Assembly (NCBI GenBank): GCA_964016885.1
Contig: OZ024765.1
Coordinates: forward strand, 21,204,001-21,268,000
Direction of reading: 5' to 3'
DNA: 64,000 bases
Origin: Eledone cirrhosa
Taxonomy: Eukaryota
The position numbers and the translations under genes are program-made. The first letter of the stretch is position 1. Each line of letters starts with the position of its first letter. Positions 53,818 to 64,000 of the stretch are shown piece by piece. The notes beneath the pieces are model-generated. The model saw nothing but the letters and a program-made list of their open reading frames with translations. It ran no database searches and was not told the DNA's origin.

Positions 53818-56800
53818 GCCTGGTCCCTAATAACCCCTCACCTGGTCTATTACAGACAACCACCCCACAACATTGCTACAGTAACAAGATCAACAGCCTC
53901 ACCTGGTCCCTAATAACCCCTTACCTGGTCTATTTCAGGCAACCACCCCACAACATTGCTACAGTAACAAGATCAACAGCCTCACCTGGTCCCTAATAAC
54001 CCCTTACCTGGTCTATTACAGACAACCACCAAACAACATTGCTACAGTAACAAGATCAACAGCCTCACCTGGTCCCTAATAACCCCTTACCTGGTCTATT
54101 ACAGATAACCACCCCACAACATTGCTACAGTAACAAGATCAACAGCCTCACCTGGTCCCTAATAACCCCTTACCTGGTAATTTCAGACAACCACCAAACA
54201 ACATTGCTACAATAACAAGATCAACAGCCTCACCTGGTCCCTAATAACCCCTTACCTTGTCTATTACAGACAACCACCAAACAACATTGCTACAGTAACA
54301 AGATCAACAGCCTCACCTGGTCCCTAATAACCCCTTACCTTGTCTATTACAGACAACCACCAAACAACATTGCTACAGTAACAAGATCAACAGCCTCACC
54401 TGGTCCCTAATAACCCCTTACCTGGTCTATTACAGACAACCACCAAACAACATTGCTACAGTAACAAGATCAACGGCCTCACCTGGTCCCTAATAACCCC
54501 TTACCTGGTCTATTTCAGGCAACCACCAAACACCATTGCTACAGTAACAAGATCAACAGCCTCACCTGGTCTCTAATAACCCCTTACCTGGTCTATTACA
54601 GGCAACCACCAAACAACATTGCTACAGTAACAAGATCAACAGCCTCACCTGGTCCCTAATAAACCCTTACCAGGTCTATTTCAGGCAACCACCAAACAAC
54701 ATTGCTACAGTAACAAGATCAACAGCCTCACCTGGTCCCTAATAACCCCTCACCTGGTCTATTACAGACAACCACCCCACAACATTGCTACAATAACAAG
54801 ATCAACAGCCTCACCTGGTCCCTAATAACCACTTACCTGGTCTATTTCAGGCAACCACCAAACAACATTGCTGCAGTAACAAGATCAACAGCCTCACCTG
54901 GTCCCTAATAACCCCTTACCAGGTCTATTTCAGGCAACCACCAAACAACATTGCTACAGTAACAAGATCAACAGCCTCACCTGGTCCCTAATAACCCCTT
55001 ACCTGGTCTATTACAGGCAACCACCAAACACCTTTGCTACAGTAACAAAATCAACAGCCTCCCCTGGTCCCTAATAACCCCTTACCTGGTCTATTACAGA
55101 CAAGCACCCCACAACATTGCTACAGTAACAAGATCAACAGCCTCACCTGGTCCCTAATAACACCTTACCTGGTCTATTTCAGGCAACCACCAAACAACAT
55201 TGCTACAGTAACAAGATCAACAGCCTCACCTGGTCCCTAATAACCCCTTACCTGGTCTATTTCAGGCAACCACCAAACAACATTGCTACAGTAACAAGAT
55301 CAACAGCCTCACCTGGTCCCTAATAACCCCTTACCTGGTCTATTTCAGGCAACCACCAAACAACATTGCTACAGTAACAAGATCAACAGCCTCACCTGGT
55401 CCCTAATAACCCCTTACCTGGTCTATTTCAGGCAACCACCAAACAACATTGCTACAGTAACAAGATCAACAGCCTCACCTGGTCCCTAATAACCCCTTAC
55501 CTGGTCTATTTCAGGCAACCACCAAACAACATTGCTACAGTAACAAGATCAACAGCCTCACCTGGTCCCTAATAACCCCTTACCTGGTCTATTTCAGGCA
55601 ACCACCAAACAACATTGCTACAGTAACAAGATCAACGGCCTCACCTGGTCCCTAATAACCCCTTACCTGGTCTATTTCAGGCAACCACCAAACACCATTG
55701 CTACAGTAACAAGATCAACAGCCTCACCTGGTCCCTAATAACCCCTTACCTGGTCTATTACAGGCAACCACCAAACACCTTTGCTACAGTAACAAAATCA
55801 ACAGCCTCCCCTGGTCCCTAATAACCCCTTACCTGGTCTATTACAGACAACCACCCCACAACATTGCTACAGTAACAAGATCAACAGCCTCACCTGGTCC
55901 CTAATAACACCTTACCTGGTCTATTTCAGGCAACCACCAAACAACATTGCTACAGTAACAAGATCAACAGCCTCACCTGGTCCCTAATAACCCCTTACCT
56001 GGTCTATTTCAGGCAACCACCAAACAACATTGCTACAGTAACAAGATCAACAGCCTCACCTGGTCCCTAATAACCCCTTACCTGGTCTATTTCAGGCAAC
56101 CACCAAACAACATTGCTACAGTAACAAGATCAACGGCCTCACCTGGTCCCTAATAACCCCTTACCTGGTCTATTACAGACAACCACCAAACAACATTGCT
56201 ACAGTAACAAGATTGACAGCCTCACCTGGTCCCTAATAACCCCTTACCTGGTCTATTACAGACAACCACCAAACAACATTGCTACAATAACAAGATCAAC
56301 AGTCTCACCTGGTCCCTAATAACCCCTTACCTTGTATATTTCAGGCAACCACCAAACACCATTGCTACAGTAACAAGATCAACAGCCTCACCTGGTCCCT
56401 AATAACCCCTTACCTGGTCTATTTCAGGCAACCACCAAACAACATGGCTACAGTAACAAGATCAACAGCCTCACCTGGTCCCTAATAACCCCTTACCTTG
56501 TCTATTTCAGGCAACCACCAAACAACATTGTTAGAGTAACAAGATCAACAGCCTCACCTGGTTCCTAATAACACCTTACCTGGTCTATTACAGACAACCA
56601 CCCCACAACATTGCTACAGTAACAAGATCAACAGCCTCACCTGGTCCCTAATAACACCTCACCTGGTCTATTACAGACAACCACCCCACAACATTGCTAC
56701 AGTAACAAGATCAACAGCCTGACCTGGTCCCTAATAACCCCTTACCTGGTCTATTTCAGACAACCACCCCACAACATTGCTACAGTAACAAGATCAACAG

Positions 56801-59800
56801 CCTCACCTGGTCCCTAATAACCCCTTACCTGGTCTATTTCAGGCAACCACCAAACAACATTGCTACAGTAACAAGATCAACAGCCTCACCTGGTCCCTAA
56901 TAACCCCTTACCTGGTCTATTTCAGGCAACCACCAAACAACATTGCTACAGTAACAAGATCAACAGCCTCACCTGGTCCCTAATAACCCCTTACCTTGTA
57001 TATTTCAGGCAACCACCAAACAACATTGCTACAGTAACAAGATCAACAGCCTCACCTGGTCCCTAATAACCCCTTACCTGGTCTATTTCAGGAAACAAAC
57101 CAAACAACATTGCTACAGTAACAAGATCAACAGCCTCACCTGGTCCCTAATAACACCTTATCTGGTCTATTTCAGGCAACCACCAAACAACATTGCTACA
57201 GTAACAAGATCAACAGCCTCACCTGGTCCCTAATAACCCCTTACCTTGTATATTTCAGGCAACCACCAAACACCATTGCTACAGTAACAAGATCAACAGC
57301 CTCACCTGGTCCCTAATAACCCCTTACCTGGTCTATTTCAGGCAACCACCAAACAACATTGCTACAGTAACAAGATCAACAGCCTCACCTGGTCCCTAAT
57401 AACCCCTTACCTTGTCTATTTCAGGCAACCACCAAACAACATTGCTACAGTAACAAGATCAACAGCCTCACCTGGTCCCTAATAACCCCTTACCTTGTAT
57501 ATTTCAGGCAACCACCAAACACCATTGCTACAGTAACAAGATCAACAGCCTCACCTGGTCCCTAATAACCCCTTACCTGGTCTATTACAGGCAACCACCC
57601 CACAACATTGCTACAGTAACAAGATCAACAGCCTCACCTGGTCCCTAATAACCCCTTACCTGGTCTATTACAGACAACCACCAAACAACATTGCTACAGT
57701 AACAAGATCAACAGCCTCACCTGGTCCCTAACAACTCCTTACCTGGTCTATTTCAGGCAACCACCCCACAACATTGCTACAGTAACAAGATCAACAGCCT
57801 CACCTGGTCCCTAATAACCCCTTACCTTGTATATTTCAGGCAACCACCAAACAACATTGCTACAGTAACAAGATCAACAGCCTCACCTGGTCCCTAATAA
57901 CCCCTTACCTTGTATATTTCAGGCAACCACCAAACAACATTGCTACAGTAACAAGATCAACAGCCTCACCTGGTCCCTAATAACCCCTTACCTTGTATAT
58001 TTCAGGCAACCACCAAACAACATTGCTACAGTAACAAGATCAACAGCCTCACCTGGTCCCTAATAACCCCTTACCTTGTATATTTCAGGCAACCACCAAA
58101 CAACATTGCTACAGTAACAAGATCAACAGCCTCACCTGGTCCCTAATAACCCCTTACCTGGTCTATTTCAGGCAACCACCAAACAACATTGCTACAGTAA
58201 CAAGATCAACAGCCTCACCTGGTCCCTAATAACTCCTTTCCTGGTCTATTTCAGGCAACCACCAAACAACATTGCTACAGTAACAAGATCAACAGCCTCA
58301 CCTGGTCCCTAATAACCCCTTACCTGGTATATTTCAGGCAACCACCCCGCAACATTGCTACAGTAACAAGATCAACAGCCTCACCTGGTCCCTAATAACC
58401 CCTTACCTGGTCTATTACAGGCAACCACCCCACAACATTGCTACAGTAACAAGATCAACAGCCTCACCTGGTCCCTAATAACCCCTTACCTGGTCTATTA
58501 CAGAAAACCACCAAACAACATTGCTACAGTAACAAGATCAACAGCCTCACCTGGTCCCTAACAATTCCTTACCTGGTCTATTTCAGGCAACCACCAAACA
58601 ACATTGCTACAGTAACAAGATCAACAGCCTCACCTGGTCCCTAATAACCCCTTACCTGGTCTATTACAGGCAACCACCCCACAACATTGCTACAGTAACA
58701 AGATCAACAGCCTCACCTGGTCCCTAATAACACCTTACCTGGTCTATTTCAGGCAACCACCAAACAACATTGCTACAGTAACAAGATCAACAGCCTCACC
58801 TGGTCCCTAATAACCCCTTACCTGGTCTATTTCAGGCAACCACCAAACAACATTGCTACAGTAACAAGATCAACAGCCTCACCTGGTCCCTAATAACCCC
58901 TTACCTTGTATATTTCAGGCAACCACAAAACAACATTGCTACAGTAACAAGATCAACAGCCTCACCTGGTCCCTAATAACCCCTTACCTGGTCTATTTCA
59001 GGCAACCACCAAACAACATTGCTACAGTAACAAGATCAACAGCCACACCTGGTCCCTAATAACCCCTTACCTGGTCTATTTCAGGCAACCACCAAACACC
59101 ATTGCTACAGTAACAAGATCAACAGCCACACCTGGTCCCTAATAACCCCTTACCTGGTCTATTTCAGGCAACCACCAAACACCATTGCTACAGTAACAAG
59201 ATCAACAGCCTCACCTGGTCCCTAATAACCCCTTACCTGGTCTATTTCAGGCAACCACCAAACACCATTGCTACAGTAACAAGATCAACAGCCACACCTG
59301 GTCCCTAATAACCCCTTACCTGGTCTATTTCAGGCAACCACCAAACACCATTGCTACAGTAACAAGATCAACAGCCACACCTGGTCCCTAATAACCCCTT
59401 ACCTGGTCTATTTCAGGCAACCACCAAACACCATTGCTACAGTAACAAGATCAACAGCCTCACCTGGTCCCTAATAACCCCTTACCTGGTCTATTTCAGA
59501 CAACCACCCCACAACATTGCTACAGTAACAAGATCAACAGCCTCACCTGGTCCCTAATACCTCCTTACCTTGTCTATTTCAGGCAACCACCAAACACCAT
59601 TGCTACAGTAACAAGATCAACAGCCTCACCTGGTCCCTAATAACCCCTTACCTGGTCTATTTCAGACAACCACCCCACAACATTGCTACAGTAACAAGAT
59701 CAACAGCCTCACCTGGTCCCTAATAACCCCTTACCTGGTCTATTACAGGCAACCACCCCACAACATTGCTACAGTAACAAGATCAACAGCCTCACCTGGT

Positions 59801-62800
59801 CCCTAATAACCCCTTACCTGGTCTATTACAGACAACCACCAAACAACATTGCTACAGTAACAAGATCAACAGCCTCACCTGGTCCCTAACAACTCCTTAC
59901 CTGGTCTATTTCAGGCAACCACCCCACAACATTGCTACAGTAACAAGATCAACAGCCTCACCTGGTCCCTAATAACCCCTTACCTTGTATATTTCAGGCA
60001 ACCACCAAACAACATTGCTACAGTAACAAGATCAACAGCCTCACCTGGTCCCTAATAACCCCTTACCTTGTATATTTCAGGCAACCACCAAACAACATTG
60101 CTACAGTAACAAGATCAACAGCCTCACCTGGTCCCTAATAACCCCTTACCTTGTATATTTCAGGCAACCACCAAACAACATTGCTACAGTAACAAGATCA
60201 ACAGCCTCACCTGGTCCCTAATAACCCCTTACCTTGTATATTTCAGGCAACCACCAAACAACATTGCTACAGTAACAAGATCAACAGCCTCACCTGGTCC
60301 CTAATAACCCCTTACCTGGTCTATTTCAGGCAACCACCAAACAACATTGCTACAGTAACAAGATCAACAGCCTCACCTGGTCCCTAATAACTCCTTTCCT
60401 GGTCTATTTCAGGCAACCACCAAACAACATTGCTACAGTAACAAGATCAACAGCCTCACCTGGTCCCTAATAACCCCTTACCTGGTATATTTCAGGCAAC
60501 CACCCCGCAACATTGCTACAGTAACAAGATCAACAGCCTCACCTGGTCCCTAATAACCCCTTACCTGGTCTATTACAGGCAACCACCCCACAACATTGCT
60601 ACAGTAACAAGATCAACAGCCTCACCTGGTCCCTAATAACCCCTTACCTGGTCTATTACAGAAAACCACCAAACAACATTGCTACAGTAACAAGATCAAC
60701 AGCCTCACCTGGTCCCTAACAACTCCTTACCTGGTCTATTTCAGGCAACCACCAAACAACATTGCTACAGTAACAAGATCAACAGCCTCACCTGGTCCCT
60801 AATAACCCCTTACCTGGTCTATTACAGGCAACCACCCCACAACATTGCTACAGTAACAAGATCAACAGCCTCACCTGGTCCCTAATAACACCTTACCTGG
60901 TCTATTTCAGGCAACCACCAAACAACATTGCTACAGTAACAAGATCAACAGCCTCACCTGGTCCCTAATAACCCCTTACCTGGTCTATTTCAGGCAACCA
61001 CCAAACAACATTGCTACAGTAACAAGATCAACAGCCACACCTGGTCCCTAATAACCCCTTACCTGGTCTATTTCAGGCAACCACCAAACACCATTGCTAC
61101 AGTAACAAGATCAACAGCCACACCTGGTCCCTAATAACCCCTTACCTGGTCTATTTCAGGCAACCACCAAACACCATTGCTACAGTAACAAGATCAACAG
61201 CCTCACCTGGTCCCTAATAACCCCTTACCTGGTCTATTTCAGGCAACCACCAAACACCATTGCTACAGTAACAAGATCAACAGCCACACCTGGTCCCTAA
61301 TAACCCCTTACCTGGTCTATTTCAGGCAACCACCAAACACCATTGCTACAGTAACAAGATCAACAGCCACACCTGGTCCCTAATAACCCCTTACCTGGTC
61401 TATTTCAGGCAACCACCAAACACCATTGCTACAGTAACAAGATCAACAGCCTCACCTGGTCCCTAATAACACCTTACCTGGTCTATTTCAGGCAACCACC
61501 AAACACCATTGCTACAGTAACAAGATCAACAGCCTCACCTGGTCCCTAATAACCCCTTACCTGGTCTATTTCAGACAACCACCCCACAACATTGCTACAG
61601 TAACAAGATCAACAGCCTCACCTGGTCCCTAATACCTCCTTACCTTGTCTATTTCAGGCAACCACCAAACACCATTGCTACAGTAACAAGATCAACAGCC
61701 TCACCTGGTCCCTAATAACCCCTTACCTGGTCTATTTCAGACAACCACCCCACAACATTGCTACAGTAACAAGATCAACAGCCTCACCTGGTCCCTAATA
61801 CCTCCTTACCTGGTCTATTTCAGGCAACCACCAAACAACATTGCTACAGTAACAAGATCAACAGCCTCACCTGGTCCCTAATAACCCCTTACCTGGTCTA
61901 TTTCAGGCAACCACCAAACAACATTGCTACAGTAACAAGATCAACAGCCTCACCTGGTCCCTAATAACCCCTTACCTGGTCTATTTCAGGCAACCACCAA
62001 ACAACATTGCTACAGTAACAAGATCAACAGCCTCACCTGGTCCCTAATAACACCTTACCTGGTCTATTACAGACAACCACCAAACAACATTGCTACAGTA
62101 ACAAGATCAACAGCCTCACCTGGTCCCTAATAACCCCTTACCTTGTATATTTCAGACAACCACCAAACAACATTGCTACAGTAACAAGATCAACAGCCTC
62201 ACCTGGTCCCTAACAACTCCTTACCTGGTCTATTTCAGGCAACCACCAAACAACATTGCTACAGTAACAAGATCAACAGCCTCACCTGGTCCCTAATAAC
62301 CCCTTACCTTGTATATTTCAGGCAACCACCAAACAACATTGCTACAGTAACAAGATCAACAGCCTCACCTGGTCCCTAACAACTCCTTACCTGGTCTATT
62401 TCAGGCAACCACCAAACACCATTGCTACAGTAACAAGATCAACAGCCTCACCTGGTCCCTAATAACCCCTTACCTGGTCTATTTCAGGCAACCACCAAAC
62501 AACATTGCTACAGTAACAAGATCAACAGCCTCACCTGGTCCCTAATAACCCCTTACCTGGTCTATTTCAGGCAACCACCAAACACCATTGCTACAGTAAC
62601 AAGATCAACAGCCTCACCTGGTCCCTAACAACTCCTTACCTGGTCTATTTCAGGCAACCACCAAACACCATTGCTACAGTAACAAGATCAACAGCCTCAC
62701 CTGGTCCCTAACAACTCCTTACCTGGTCTATTTCAGGCAACCACCCCACAACATTGCTACAGTAACAAGATCAACAGCCTCACCTGGTCCCTAATAACCC

Positions 62801-63444
62801 CTTACCTTGTATATTACAGGCAACCACCAAACACCATTGCTACAGTAACAAGATCAACAGCCTCACCTGGTCCCTAATAACCCCTTACCTTGTATATTAC
62901 AGGCAACCACCAAACACCATTGCTACAGTAACAAGATCAACAGCCTCACCTGGTCCCTAATAACCCCTTACCTGGTCTATTACAGACAACCACCAAACAC
63001 CATTGCTACAGTAACAAGATCAACAGCCTCACTTGGTCCCTAATAACCCCTTACCTGGTCTATTTCAGGCAACCACCAAACACCATTGCTACAGTAACAA
63101 GATCAACAGCCTCACCTGGTCCCTAATAACCCCTTACCTTGTATATTACAGACAACCACCAAACACCATTGCTACAGTAACAAGATCAACAGCCTCACCT
63201 GGTCCCTAACAACCCCTTACCTTGTATATTACAGACAACCACCAAACACCATTGCTACAGTAACAAGATCAACAGCCTCACCTCGTCCCTAATAACCCCT
63301 TACCTTGTATATTTCAGGCAACCACCAAACACCATTGCTACAGTAACAAGATCAACAGCCTCACCTGGTCCCTAATAACCCCTTACCTTGTATATTACAG
63401 GCAACCACCAAACACCATTGCTACAGTAACAAGATCAACAGCCA
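53818..63444. repeat. 83-bp satellite, ~116 copies, made of an intron 3' end plus exon start
   Basis: Unit CCTCACCTGGTCCCTAATAACCCCTTACCTGGTCTATTTCAG|GCAACCACCAAACAACATTGCTACAGTAACAAGATCAACAG. Confidence 0.95.
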
Positions 63445-63534
63445 CATTAGATGTTGTTCAAGATTCTACAAAAATTAACCGAGATTTACCGCTTGGAAAA
63501 TCAATACGACTGCAGGCTGAAGTTAATGGAACTG
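63401..63534 (+). CDS. Exon of the probable ZP-domain protein (QPPNTIATVTRSTATLDVVQDSTKINRDLPLGKSIRLQAEVNGT)
   Basis: TTACAG acceptor in the last satellite unit, phase 2 start matching exon 53296-53453, open frame, ACTG|GTAAAT donor; resembles the ZP-N/ZP-C linker and ZP-C start. Confidence 0.75.
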
Positions 63535-63539
63535 GTAAA

Positions 63540-63580
63540 TATAGACATACACTTATATATATATACATACATAGACACAT

Positions 63581-63629
<49 letters not shown>

Positions 63630-64000
63630 TACACACACATATATATAGAGAGAGATACAAACATACAAATATATATATATAGACACATACACACACATAT
63701 ATATATATATAGACACATACACACTCATATATATAGAGACACAAACATACATATATATATAGACACATACATACACATATATATATATATAGACACATAT
63801 ACATACATACATATATATATATAGACACAAACATACATATATATATGTATAGACACATACACACACATATATATATATAGACACAAACATACATATATAT
63901 ATAGACACATACATACATATATTTATATATATATAGACACATACATACACATATATATATATAGAGACACAAACATACATATATATATGTATAGACACAT
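63540..64000. repeat. Compound (TA)/(CA)/GACAC minisatellite
   Basis: Low complexity. Confidence 0.9.

Overview
Repeat-saturated animal genomic DNA, probably a coleoid cephalopod such as Octopus (inferred from (TA)n density, Nin/Deu-type tRNA-SINEs and RTE LINEs). Almost all ORFs in the track are microsatellite artefacts. Real content: (1) a near-perfect 13-copy tandem array of a ~471-bp unit (524-6815), each unit carrying a type I hammerhead ribozyme (HHR), headed by an inverted partial copy, i.e. a retrozyme/Penelope-like-element (PLE) architecture; (2) about 20 further HHR or decayed-HHR motifs of several families, mostly in fold-back palindromes inserted in (TA)n tracts; (3) a decayed Tx1/L1 LINE, several RTE LINEs and fragments, a deleted DD37D Tc1/mariner element, MITEs and SINEs; (4) satellites with traceable origins: a 65-bp unit from RTE coding sequence and an 83-bp unit from an intron/exon junction; (5) a + strand host gene with three phase-compatible exons plus a probable micro-exon, encoding a probable ZP-domain protein, whose last visible exon is preceded by ~116 tandem copies of its own splice acceptor. 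All structures were read by eye; no searches were run.
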